This document shows positions 1 through 9,506 of a stretch of DNA of 64,000 nucleotides, one piece after another. How positions within the stretch are numbered: the first letter of the stretch is position 1; the number at the start of each line of letters is the position of its first letter. The stretch spans positions 62,810 through 126,809 of the forward strand of contig JAHLKU010000001.1 in the NCBI GenBank assembly GCA_020444505.1, written 5' to 3'. Source of the DNA: Actinomycetota bacterium. Lineage in GTDB: Bacteria; Actinomycetota; Acidimicrobiia; Spongiisociales; UBA11373. Below the pieces are notes generated by a model. It had not been told where the DNA came from, did not search any database, and saw nothing but the letters and a program-made list of their open reading frames with translations. Position numbers and translations under genes: made by a program.

Positions 1-220
1 TACTCTGGCGGGCCGAGGCGATGAGGCCCGCCTGCAACCGCCCGCCTTGGGACGATGGCTTCTGTGACCCCCAGCGTTCACCGATGACCGTCCCATCACC
101 CCCGGAGCCGCCGTTCTCTGTGCCGCCGTGCGCGGCGGGGCCCGTCCTCGCCGCCCGCAGATCACCCGATCCACGCCACAGAGGCCCGTGCCCGGATGCT
201 GCCGTGCCGTGGAGGACACC

Positions 221-1306
221 ATGACGTACATCAACACATCGAGCGAGGAACCGCCCCGTGGCCCCGGGATCGCATCCCGGCTCGGCACCGCGGTGCGGGG
301 GGTGCTCGTGGGCGTGGGGCTGAGGCGGCCTCGCGGCGAAGACGGCGAGCCCGGCCCTCGCGCCTGGGGACGGCTGCTGGGCATCGCCGGGGGCGCCTTG
401 GCGCTCTGGCTGCTCTCGACCTGCGTGGTCGTGGTCCCCGCCGGATCGGTCGGCGTCCCGGTGACGCTGGGGCACGCCGGCTCGCCGCTCGGCCAGGGGT
501 TCCACGTGACCCCGCCGCTGACGTCGGTCGCGAACCTCTCGGCGCGGACCACCGAGTACACGATGTCGGCCTCGGTCGGGGAGGGCACCAAGAAGAGCAC
601 CGACGACTCCGTGCTGGTGCTGGGCGCCGACGGCGCCTCCGGCTCCGTCGACTCCACCGTGCTGTTCCGGCTCGAGCCCGAGCGCGCCACCGACGTGTGG
701 AACAACCTCGGCAAGGACTACGTGCAGACGCTGATCCGTCCGTCCGCCCGCACCTGCATCCGCTCGGCGTTCACCGACTACTCGATGGTGGACGCGGCCA
801 CCACGGCGTGGCACGACGTCGAGGCCGACGTCGAGTCCTGCATGACGGAGAAGGTCGCCGGCCGCGGCATCGTGCTGGAGGACTTCCAGCTGCGAGAGGT
901 GCGGCTCGAGGCGACACTCCAGGCGGCGGTGACCGCGAAGACGGCGGCCGAGCAGGATGCCGAGCGCCAGCAGTTCGAGCTGCAGGTGGCCCGGCAGAAG
1001 GCCGAGATCACGAGGGTGGAGGCCAACGCCACCGCCGACGCGCAGCAGATCCTCGCCTGCGGGGGCGAGATCCAGCTGGTCGAGCAGCCGGACGGCACGA
1101 TCGACGAGGTCGTGGTCCCGCTGCCCATCGAGCGGTGCTCGCAGGCGCAGCTCACCCCGCAGTACCTGCAGTGGACCTACATCCAGGCGCTGCAGGGCCT
1201 CGTGGACTCGCCCAACAACAGCACCATCATCCTGCCGTTCGATCAGGCACTGACCCCGTTGCTGCAGATCCCGGGCGGCGAGGTGACCACGACGCCCGGC
1301 GAGTAG
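221..1306 (+). CDS. SPFH/Band 7 (prohibitin/stomatin-like) membrane protein
   Basis: Lies in tracked ORF 128..1306. ATG 221 is preceded by GGAGGA. An N-terminal TM helix (LLGIAGGALALWLLSTCVVVV) is followed by an SPFH-like core and a coiled-coil segment AAEQDAERQQFELQVARQKAEITRVEA. Confidence 0.75.
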   Translation: MTYINTSSEEPPRGPGIASRLGTAVRGVLVGVGLRRPRGEDGEPGPRAWGRLLGIAGGALALWLLSTCVVVVPAGSVGVPVTLGHAGSPLGQGFHVTPPLTSVANLSARTTEYTMSASVGEGTKKSTDDSVLVLGADGASGSVDSTVLFRLEPERATDVWNNLGKDYVQTLIRPSARTCIRSAFTDYSMVDAATTAWHDVEADVESCMTEKVAGRGIVLEDFQLREVRLEATLQAAVTAKTAAEQDAERQQFELQVARQKAEITRVEANATADAQQILACGGEIQLVEQPDGTIDEVVVPLPIERCSQAQLTPQYLQWTYIQALQGLVDSPNNSTIILPFDQALTPLLQIPGGEVTTTPGE

Positions 1307-1327
1307 CCGGCCGGCGGCCCGCTGCGC

Positions 1328-2497
1328 TCAGGCCGCGGTGGGCCTCCGGCGCGGCAGCAGCCAGATGAGCGGGGTGGCGGCCAGCATGGCGAACCCGCCG
1401 ACCACGATGGCGGTGGTGAGCCCGAACGCGTCGCCGAACGCACCGAAGGCGACCGCCGACACCGATTGGATCGCGAAGTTCAGCGACAGGTAGGTGCCGT
1501 TGGCGAGCGCCCTGCTCTCGGGGAACTCCTCCTGCACGATGGCCATCAGCACCGGGGTGATCGACAGCAGGGTGAGCCCCACCAGGGGAAGGATGAGGAT
1601 GCGCAGCCAGCCGTCGGCGGCGAGGAACCAGAACAGCGCGGCGGGGGCGGCGAGGTGGCTCACCAGCAGCATCCGGCGCCGCCCCACGTGGTCGCTCAGC
1701 CAACCGCCACCGAAGGCGCCGACCACGCCGGCCCCCTCGACGATGGACAGCGCCGCGGCCGCCAGCCACAGGCTGGTCCCCTCGTCGGTGAGGTACACCG
1801 GCAGGAACACGGTGACCGCGTTCTGCATCAGGCTGCGGAGCGCCATCATCGCCGTCAGCACCGCCATGAGCCGGCGCATCCGCCGGATCGCCGTCCGCCA
1901 CGGGACCGGGGCGGCGCCTGCGGGGGCCCGGAGCGGCACGTCCCGCAGCCGGACGTGGAGTGTCACCGAGGTCAGCACCCCTGCGATGGCGAAGAACGCC
2001 AGCTGGCGGAGGGACAGGTAGGCGAGGGCGGTGCCGACCACGATGGGGCCGAGGGTGCGGCCGGTCTCGCCCCCCACCATCCAGAAGCCCATGCCCTTGC
2101 CGAGGCGGGAGCCGGAGAGGCGGCCGATGGCCACCGGGGCCACGGCGTGGAACGCGGCGACGCTCACCCCGGTGCACAGCAGCATCACCGCCAGCACGCC
2201 GTAGGTGGGCGCCCACCCCAGCGACGCCATCAGCACCGATGTGACGCCGGGGGCGAGCACCACCAGCCACCGCAGCGTGGTGCGATCGGCGAGGTGGCCG
2301 ATGGCCCACTGCAGCAGGCCGGGCAGCCGCAGGAACGACGAGAGCGCGCCGGCGGCCGTGTTCGACAGCGACATCTGCTCGATGAACTTGGGCAGCAGCG
2401 TCGGCAGGAAGGCGGTGAAGGTGTCGTGGACGGCGTGGCCCGCAGCGACCGTCGCCACCCGGCCGGTCTGGAACGGCTCCTCCTGGGCTCCCCGCAC
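1328..2497 (-). CDS. MFS transporter
   Basis: C-terminal 389 codons of tracked ORF 1328..4108. About 12 hydrophobic helices and an MFS loop motif (GHLADRTTLRW). The GTG at 2495-2497 lies just downstream of the murJ stop at 2512-2514. The upstream part of the 926-aa ORF is an out-of-frame shadow of murJ. Confidence 0.8.
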   Translation of the reverse strand: MRGAQEEPFQTGRVATVAAGHAVHDTFTAFLPTLLPKFIEQMSLSNTAAGALSSFLRLPGLLQWAIGHLADRTTLRWLVVLAPGVTSVLMASLGWAPTYGVLAVMLLCTGVSVAAFHAVAPVAIGRLSGSRLGKGMGFWMVGGETGRTLGPIVVGTALAYLSLRQLAFFAIAGVLTSVTLHVRLRDVPLRAPAGAAPVPWRTAIRRMRRLMAVLTAMMALRSLMQNAVTVFLPVYLTDEGTSLWLAAAALSIVEGAGVVGAFGGGWLSDHVGRRRMLLVSHLAAPAALFWFLAADGWLRILILPLVGLTLLSITPVLMAIVQEEFPESRALANGTYLSLNFAIQSVSAVAFGAFGDAFGLTTAIVVGGFAMLAATPLIWLLPRRRPTAA

Positions 2498-2511
2498 CCC
2501 CGGCCGGCCGC

Positions 2512-4068
2512 TCACGAGTGCAGGTCCCTGCGGGTCCAGGGCGGGAGCGCGGCCACCCCCAGCAGCACGACGCCGCCCACCAGGGCGGCCAGCAGGCTCC
2601 GCCATTGCCCGGCGCCGCCGGCCGGCAGCACCCACGCGGCCGCCCCCCAGGCGGCGAACCCGGCGGCGGCCGCCACCGGCAGGCCGCGGGCCGCCGATGC
2701 GGCGACGGGGCGGGCCCATTCCCACCCCATGCGCCCGTACCAGACCACCGCCAACCCGATGGTGTACACCAGGATCGACAGCGTGCTGGCGAGCGCCAGT
2801 CCGTTGACGCCCATCGCCTCCTGCAGCCCCCAGTAGATCGGGACGGCGGCCACGGTCGCCAGCGTGCCGATCACGACGGGAGCCCACATCTGCTCCCGGG
2901 CGTAGAACGACCTGGCGAGGATCTGCTGGACGCCCCACAGCGGCACGCCCAGGGCGAAGAAGACGACGGTGCCTGCGGTGGCCAGCGTGTCGGCGCCGCC
3001 GAACTCGCCGCGTTCGTACAGCACCCGCACCACCGGCACCGAGAGCGCCATCAGCCCGGCGGCGGCGACGAGGCTGAGCAGCACCACCGGCTTGAGGGCG
3101 CGCACGATGGCCGCCGACAGATCCTTCAGTCTGCCCTCGGCGGCGAGCCTGGCGAGGAACGGGTAGGTCGCCACCCCGGCGGCCTGGGCGATCACCCCGA
3201 CCGGGACCAGCATCGTCAGCCGCCCGAAGGTGAGCCACGACACCGCACCCTCGCCGACGAGCGAGCCGAAGCTCCTGCCCAGCTGCTCGTCGAGCACCAC
3301 GAGCGACTGGCCCAGCATCAGCGGGATGGCCAGTGCGAAGTAGCGCCGGAACGCCGGGTGCTTGCGGATCGAGCCCACCGGGAACCGCAGCCCCGCCCGC
3401 CACGCCCCCCACGCCTGCAGGGCGAAGATCCCGAGGACGGCGCCGGCCAGCGCCCCCCACGCGAAGCCGTCCGCACCCGGGTCGTCGCGCCCGACGGCGC
3501 CGAGCACGCCTCCCACGATGATCGCCACGTTGTAGACCAGCGGTCCCAGCGTGGGGATGACGAATCGCTCCCGGGCGTACTGCACGGCGGTCAGCAACTG
3601 CCCGAGGATGAAGAAGATCTGGGCCGGCAGGACGATGCGGGTGAGCCGGGTGGCGTTCGCCACCTGGGCGTCGGTGAAGCCGGGCTCGATGGCCCGCAGG
3701 ATCGGCTCGACGAACGGCATGGCCACGACCACCAGCGCGGTGATCCCGATGGCGAGCGGCCTGGCGATCGCCCAGAAGGCCCGCCAGGCGTCCTCCTCGT
3801 CGCCGGTGGCGAACCGGCGGGTGAGGATGGGGATGAGGGTGATCGCCATGTAGGCGCCGGCCAGCAGGTAGTTGAGGACGTCGGGGATGAGGAAGGCGAC
3901 GAAGTAGGTGTCGCCCGTGGCCCCGGCGCCGAGCAGCCCGGCGAAGACGATCTGGCGGACCAGGCCCAGCACCCGGGAGAGCAGCACCCCGCCCGCCACG
4001 ATGGCGGCGGCGATCCCCATGCGCCGGTAGAGGCTGCGCGCCGGGGGAGCGGGGGCGGGGTCGGTCAT
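2512..4068 (-). CDS. murJ: lipid II flippase MurJ/MviN
   Basis: 518 aa. The N-terminus ...SRVLGLVRQIVFAGLLGAGATGDTYFVAFLIPDVLNYLLAG... is typical of MurJ, and the protein is polytopic. TAAGTT (revcomp of 4075-4080) lies 6 nt upstream of the ATG. Confidence 0.9.
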   Translation of the reverse strand: MTDPAPAPPARSLYRRMGIAAAIVAGGVLLSRVLGLVRQIVFAGLLGAGATGDTYFVAFLIPDVLNYLLAGAYMAITLIPILTRRFATGDEEDAWRAFWAIARPLAIGITALVVVAMPFVEPILRAIEPGFTDAQVANATRLTRIVLPAQIFFILGQLLTAVQYARERFVIPTLGPLVYNVAIIVGGVLGAVGRDDPGADGFAWGALAGAVLGIFALQAWGAWRAGLRFPVGSIRKHPAFRRYFALAIPLMLGQSLVVLDEQLGRSFGSLVGEGAVSWLTFGRLTMLVPVGVIAQAAGVATYPFLARLAAEGRLKDLSAAIVRALKPVVLLSLVAAAGLMALSVPVVRVLYERGEFGGADTLATAGTVVFFALGVPLWGVQQILARSFYAREQMWAPVVIGTLATVAAVPIYWGLQEAMGVNGLALASTLSILVYTIGLAVVWYGRMGWEWARPVAASAARGLPVAAAAGFAAWGAAAWVLPAGGAGQWRSLLAALVGGVVLLGVAALPPWTRRDLHS

Positions 4069-4143
4069 CGGGGCAACTTAGCGCAGGGGGAGGCGGCCGC
4101 TTCGCCACCGGCGGACGGGACCGGGCACGGTACGATCCGCGCC

Positions 4144-4518
4144 ATGCACGGCGGACCGGATCGGCGGCACCTGATCCTCTGGGACGGCGGCTGAGGCCTG
4201 TGACGCCGCAGCGCCGCCTGGGTCAGGCGGAAGGACCAGTCTCATCGCTTCGAGGCCCTGCCCTACCAGGACGCCCCGTCGCCGCCGATGACGCCCGGCC
4301 TGGCCGAGGCATGCGCCCGGGCCGTCCACGTGGTCACGGCCGACGGCGAGGTGCTGCGGGGAGGGGCGGCGTCGCTGTTCGTGCTCGACGGGGTGGGCTA
4401 CCGCAGGACGGCCCGGGTGCTGTCGCTTCCGGTCTTCCGCGCGTTCGTGGACCTGGCGTACCGCATCGTCGCCCGCAACCGGCGATTCTTCGGGAGGTTC
4501 CTGTTCCGCCGGGAGTGA
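4144..4518 (+). CDS. DCC-family (DUF393) thiol-disulfide oxidoreductase. Both CxxC Cys positions are in-frame TGA (4192-4194 and 4201-4203). Candidate UxxU selenoprotein, alternatively a pseudogene.
   Basis: Read-through from ATG 4144 gives MHGGPDRRHLILWDGG*GL*RRSAAWVRRKDQSHRFEALPYQDAPSPPM..., in frame with tracked ORF 4288..4518. This fits the DCC signature (h-h-[FYW]-D-G-x-C-x-x-C ... D....F.F..LQ). TACGAT at 4131-4136 lies 7 nt upstream of ATG 4144. Confidence 0.55.
4214..4230 (+). promoter_or_regulatory. candidate bacterial SECIS-like hairpin (7-bp stem, apical G-G-U-C)
   Basis: CCGCCUG-GGU-CAGGCGG is a perfect inverted repeat, alternatively a 6-bp stem with a GGGUC loop. It starts 10 nt after the second TGA and 19 nt after the first. 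Confidence 0.4.
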
Positions 4519-4551
4519 GCCCCGCCGGGATCGCCGCCCCCCGGGACGAGT

Positions 4552-4581
4552 GAAGGGCCCCCGCCGGAGCGGGGGCCCTTC
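4552..4581. terminator. bidirectional intrinsic-terminator-like hairpin between convergent genes
   Basis: GAAGGGCCCCCGC-CGGA-GCGGGGGCCCTTC forms a perfect 13-bp GC-rich stem. It lies between the DCC gene stop (4518) and the BON-LysM gene stop (4597). Confidence 0.7.
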
Positions 4582-4596
4582 GCAGCGTTCGTTCGG

Positions 4597-5193
4597 TCAG
4601 GCGTCCAGTGCGGGGATCCGCAGCACCTGGCCGGGGTAGATGAGATCGGCGCTCTTCAGCATCGGCTTGTTGGCCTCGAAGATGGCCGGGTACTTCGACC
4701 CGTCGCCGTAGAACTCCTTGGCGATCTTCGAGAGCGTGTCGCCCTTCTTGACCTCGTAGAACTTCGACTGCGCCAACTTCGCGGCTTCCTGTGCCTTGCG
4801 GCGGCGCTCGCGCAGGTCCAGCATGGCCTGCTTGCGAGTCTCGGCCTCGTCCTTGGCATCGGCCCTGGCGCGGGCCTTGGCGATGGCCTCCTCGCGGGCC
4901 TTGGCCCACTCGGCGCGTTCGCCCTCGGTGGTGCCGGCGACGAAGCCGTCGGCCTCGACCTCGCCGACCCCCTCCGTGTTGCCCACGATGAGGACGGCCT
5001 TCTCGATCGTCGCGTCGTCGGCGGCGACACCGCTGATGGTGGCCTTCCCGCCTGCGAACTCGATCTCGAGGTCGTCGATGTCGAGACCGCTGTCCTTCAC
5101 CTTGGCGGCGAGGGCCTCGGCCATGGCCGTGTCGTCCGCCGAAGCGGCCGCAGCGACCTTCTCACCGATGGTCTCGAGAAACTTCCAACCCAC
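4597..5193 (-). CDS. BON + LysM domain protein (Kbp/YgaU-like)
   Basis: BON-like segment LEIEFAGGKATISGVAADDATIEKAVLIVGNTEGV, a charged coiled linker, and a C-terminal LysM domain YEVKKGDTLSKIAKEFYGDGSKYPAIFEANKPML...GQVLRIP. GTG at 5191-5193 is preceded by a perfect AGGAGG 5 nt upstream, so the tracked ATG 5253 is probably too long. Confidence 0.85.
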   Translation of the reverse strand: MGWKFLETIGEKVAAAASADDTAMAEALAAKVKDSGLDIDDLEIEFAGGKATISGVAADDATIEKAVLIVGNTEGVGEVEADGFVAGTTEGERAEWAKAREEAIAKARARADAKDEAETRKQAMLDLRERRRKAQEAAKLAQSKFYEVKKGDTLSKIAKEFYGDGSKYPAIFEANKPMLKSADLIYPGQVLRIPALDA

Positions 5194-5292
5194 GTTTCCT
5201 CCTGTCGATCGTGGCGGGGCAAGCGTAGCCACCCGCCTGTTCGTACGGGGCATCCGTTCCGGGGAGGCTTCCGCTGCGAGGGCGACCGCGGC

Positions 5293-6035
5293 TCAGGTGA
5301 GGTCGCGGCGTCCCATCAGGAACGAGAGGCCGCCGACGGCCGCCGCCGACAACACCGCCACCTTGGCGAGGGCGCCCCACACCCCGGGGGTGAGGGCGGC
5401 GAGCGGCTCCCGCAGTGTCGAGGGGGCGCCGTCCACCATGGCGGCGAACGCCGTCAGCCCGATGCGGAACAGGGACACGTTGGCCAGGGCGTCCACCGCC
5501 GAGGCCAGCCCGGTCTCCCAGACGAACAGGAAGGCGGCGCCGATGATGACGGCCCACTTGGTCAGGTACCCCACCACCAGGAACACGGCGACGTAGGCGA
5601 GCGCCGACACCCCGGTGGCGACGATCACCGGGCCCACCATGCCCCATTCGCCGGAGGCCCCGCCGAGCACGACGGCGGCCAGCACCCCGCTCGCCCCGGT
5701 GAGCAGCCAGGCCGACAGCCACGCCGCCAGCAGCTTGGCGGCCACCACCACCTCGCGGCGGCGGGGGCGCAGCAGCAGGATCGGCAGCGTCCCCTCGCGA
5801 CGCTCCTCGCCGAGGGCGAGGCTCGCCACCAGGATGGAGGTGAGGGGGAGCACGATCAGGAAGAGCGTCATCATCGGCCCCTCCTGGAACGACGTGGCCA
5901 ACCGCGCCGACCCCTGCGTGCGGGTGAGGGCGAACATCACGATGGTGGGCAGCAGGCCCACCAGGCCGACCAGGATCACCCACTTCCGCCCCAGCAACTG
6001 GCCGACGGAGACCCGCACCATGGCGGTGAAGGCGG

Positions 6036-6039
<4 letters not shown>
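5293..6039 (-). CDS. ABC-2 type transporter permease
   Basis: 248 aa with about 6 TM helices. It overlaps the upstream ATPase gene by 4 nt. Confidence 0.75.
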
Positions 6040-6973
<934 letters not shown>

Positions 6974-6977
<4 letters not shown>

Positions 6978-7843
6978 AGCTCGCTCCGGTAGCGGCGCAG
7001 CACCACCCACGCCGCCAGGACGGTGAGGCCGGCCAGCAGGAGCAGCGAACCGTAGGCGGGGAGGCCGGCCGCCTCGGCCAGCCATTCCTGGGTGTCGGAC
7101 CCCATGATCCAGTCCTTCACGTACCCGGCGTGGTCGGGCAGCGAGATGAGCCCCGCCGCGGGGTACCCGGCCTCCGACACGGCGTGGGCGGTGGCGAACA
7201 CGGTGTAGAAGGCAACCAGGTACAGGAACATCGCCAGCGCCTGGCGGGTGCTGTACACGGCCACCACGAACGCCGGGGCGGCGTAGATCACCAGGTAGAC
7301 CACGGTGGCGGCCGCCGTCTGCCACACCAGGTCGAGGTGGCCGGTCAGGTACGAGCCGAAGCCGTCCGACGAGGTCCACGCCTTGCCCACCAGCAGCACC
7401 ACGTGGGGCAGCCACACGAAGCCGAACACCACCGCGGCCATGGCGGCGGCCCTCCCGCCGACGTAGTCGGCGGCCCGCAGGGGACGCGAGGCGTACACGG
7501 CGATGGTGCCGTAGCGGCGGTCGGGGATGAGCAACTCGCCGGCGGCGAGGGCGCAGAAGATGAGGATGAAGTTCCCCATGAAGTCGAAGTAGTCGGGGTG
7601 GTCGAAGAACGACGGGATCTCGCCGAAGTCGGAGATGAACACGTCGAGGGCCACCACGAAGAGGGCAGGGATCACCGAGATGCCGATCAGCAGGCCGGGG
7701 AGGATCTTGCGGCGCGCCTTGCGCCGGATCCCCAGCACGCGCCGCACGCCGTCGCGGTACAGGGCGCGGACCGCACCGGCGCGGCCGAGGCGCTCGCCCT
7801 CGTGGGGGCGGTAGCCGAGGTCGTAGACGACGCCCTCAGGCAT
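6974..7843 (-). CDS. ABC-2 type transporter permease
   Basis: 289 aa, polytopic. It overlaps both flanking ATPase genes. Confidence 0.7.
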
Positions 7844-8750
7844 GCCCGGCCCCCTCGCCCTCGGCCAGGTAGACGTCCTCCAGGGTGGTGCGCCTCGGCC
7901 CCATCCGCCGGATCCCCGCGCCGGTGTCGGCCAGCACGTCGCGGACCAGGGCGAACGGGTCGCCTCCCTCCAGGGCCACCAGTAGCCCGGCGCCGTCGGC
8001 GGTGACTTCGGCGCCTGCCGCGGCGAGGGCGGCCGCCACCCGGTCGTGATCGTCGAGCACCTCGAGGCGGACGTTCTCGGCGGACGACAGCTCGGTGAGC
8101 GGGCCCGACCGGAGCACCTTGCCCCCGTCCAGCATCACCACCCACGAGCAGGTCCGCTCGATGTCGGGCAGCACGTGGGAGGACACGATGGCGTTGATGC
8201 CGAAGTCGTCGAGCCGGGTGATGAGGTCCAGCATCTCCTCCCGGCCCTCCGGGTCGAGGCCGGCGGTCGGCTCGTCCAGCATCACGAGCCGCGGGTCGTG
8301 GACGATGGCCTGCGCCAGCTTCGCCCGCTGCTGCATGCCGGTGCTGAACCCGCCCATGGGGCGGAACCGTTCCTCGTGGAGCCCGACGATGGTGAGCACG
8401 TCGCTGGCGCGCTGGCGGGCGGCACGCAGCGGGAGCCCGCCGAGCTCGGCGGCGTAGATGAGGAAGTCGGAGGCCGTCTGGTCGGGCGGCAGGCACTGGC
8501 CCTCCGGCATGTACCCGACGAGGGAGCGGACCGCCAGGGTGCGCTCCGGCACCGGGTTGCCGAGCACCTCGACCCGCCCCTGGGCTGCGGGGAGGATGCC
8601 CAGCAGGATGCGGAGCAGGGTGGTCTTCCCGGCGCCGTTGGCGCCGACGAGGCCGATCCGCCCCTCCGGCACCTCGAGATCGACGCCGCTGAGGGCGACG
8701 ATGTCCCCGTAGGCGAAGTGCAGCCCCCGGGTGACGACGATTGGTGCCAT
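7836..8750 (-). CDS. ABC transporter ATP-binding protein (ABC-2 subfamily)
   Basis: The ATG at 8748-8750 opens MAPIVVTRGLHFAYG.... Walker A GANGAGKTT, signature FSTGMQQR and Walker B VMLDEP. The rest of tracked ORF 7836..9941 is an Arg/Gly-rich artefact. Confidence 0.9.
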   Translation of the reverse strand: MAPIVVTRGLHFAYGDIVALSGVDLEVPEGRIGLVGANGAGKTTLLRILLGILPAAQGRVEVLGNPVPERTLAVRSLVGYMPEGQCLPPDQTASDFLIYAAELGGLPLRAARQRASDVLTIVGLHEERFRPMGGFSTGMQQRAKLAQAIVHDPRLVMLDEPTAGLDPEGREEMLDLITRLDDFGINAIVSSHVLPDIERTCSWVVMLDGGKVLRSGPLTELSSAENVRLEVLDDHDRVAAALAAAGAEVTADGAGLLVALEGGDPFALVRDVLADTGAGIRRMGPRRTTLEDVYLAEGEGAGHA

Positions 8751-8798
8751 GCCGTCCGAGACGCTAGTCGCGGTGGCGCCGGCGCGTAGGCTTCGGCC

Positions 8799-9506
8799 AT
8801 GCGTCCAAAGGGGGGCGAGATGGCGAGACGGCTGCTGCCGTTGGCGATCGTGTGGGTGGTGCTCGTCGCCGGCTGCGGCGAAGACGAAGCCGGGACCACT
8901 GCCACGACCTCGGCCGCGACGACCACGACCGTGATCAGCACGACGGCCACGACGACCAGCACGACGACATCGACGACCACGACGACCAGCACCACGACCA
9001 CGACGGTCCCGGAACCGACGGTGGTCGAGGTCGACGTCGACACCTACGACGAGGCGGCGAGCATCTGGGACGAGTACGTGGGCTTCAGCGACATCGCCTC
9101 CCTGGAGGACAGCGCGTATCCGTTCAGCCACGTATGGGGGGCCAGGTCGGGTGAGTTCGTCTACGTCGTGGAGATCCCCGACCAGCCGGCCGGCGAGGCG
9201 ACCGTGTCCGCCAGGCTCTCGTCCGAACTGGGCGGCGGCACCGAGGACGACGTCGACGACGCCCTCTCCGACGTCGGCCTGCGGGTGAACGGCGTCGACT
9301 ACCCGGTGCGACCGGTGGTGTCGGACGACCGAGCGGGTGAGGTGGTCGAGTGGACCGTCGACGGGGCGGACTTCGCCGCCGGTGCCAACGAGATCGCGTT
9401 CACCGTGGCCGGCGACGCCGAGCACCGCTGGGGGCTGTGCATCTACCAGGATCCGGTCGACGGGGAGGGCCCGTCCTACCCGATCACCATCACCTACACG
9501 CCCTGA
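8799..9506 (+). CDS. secreted lipoprotein with a Thr-rich linker, unknown function
   Basis: Signal peptide plus lipobox LVAGC, followed by about 45 residues of T/S/A low complexity and a roughly 150-aa acidic domain. TAGGCT at 8787-8792 lies 6 nt upstream of ATG 8799. An alternative ATG at 8820 follows a G-rich SD. Confidence 0.6.
   Translation: MRPKGGEMARRLLPLAIVWVVLVAGCGEDEAGTTATTSAATTTTVISTTATTTSTTTSTTTTTSTTTTTVPEPTVVEVDVDTYDEAASIWDEYVGFSDIASLEDSAYPFSHVWGARSGEFVYVVEIPDQPAGEATVSARLSSELGGGTEDDVDDALSDVGLRVNGVDYPVRPVVSDDRAGEVVEWTVDGADFAAGANEIAFTVAGDAEHRWGLCIYQDPVDGEGPSYPITITYTP

Noticed and set aside
21-224. 67-aa ORF at the window start, and an 8-bp-stem hairpin GGCGGGCC...GGCCCGCC at 8-33
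   Set aside because: The ORF is Pro-rich with no support. The hairpin may terminate an upstream gene outside the window, but it has a 10-nt loop and no T-tract, so the evidence is too weak to call.
1328-4108. Single 926-aa ORF spanning the MFS transporter and the murJ region
   Set aside because: Upstream of about 2497 the translation is Arg/Pro/Gly-rich junk in an alternative frame of murJ. murJ (2512..4068) has its own clean frame. A GTG at 2497 gives a normal-length MFS protein.
4200-4553. 117-aa ORF overlapping the DCC gene in another frame
   Set aside because: It has Arg/Gly/Pro-rich composition and no family resemblance. The DCC frame explains this region.
8880-9010. ACC/ACG-rich repetitive DNA, considered as a possible CRISPR or microsatellite array
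   Set aside because: It is in-frame Thr/Ser/Ala low complexity forming the linker of a lipoprotein. There is no repeat-spacer structure. No CRISPR-like arrays occur anywhere in the window.
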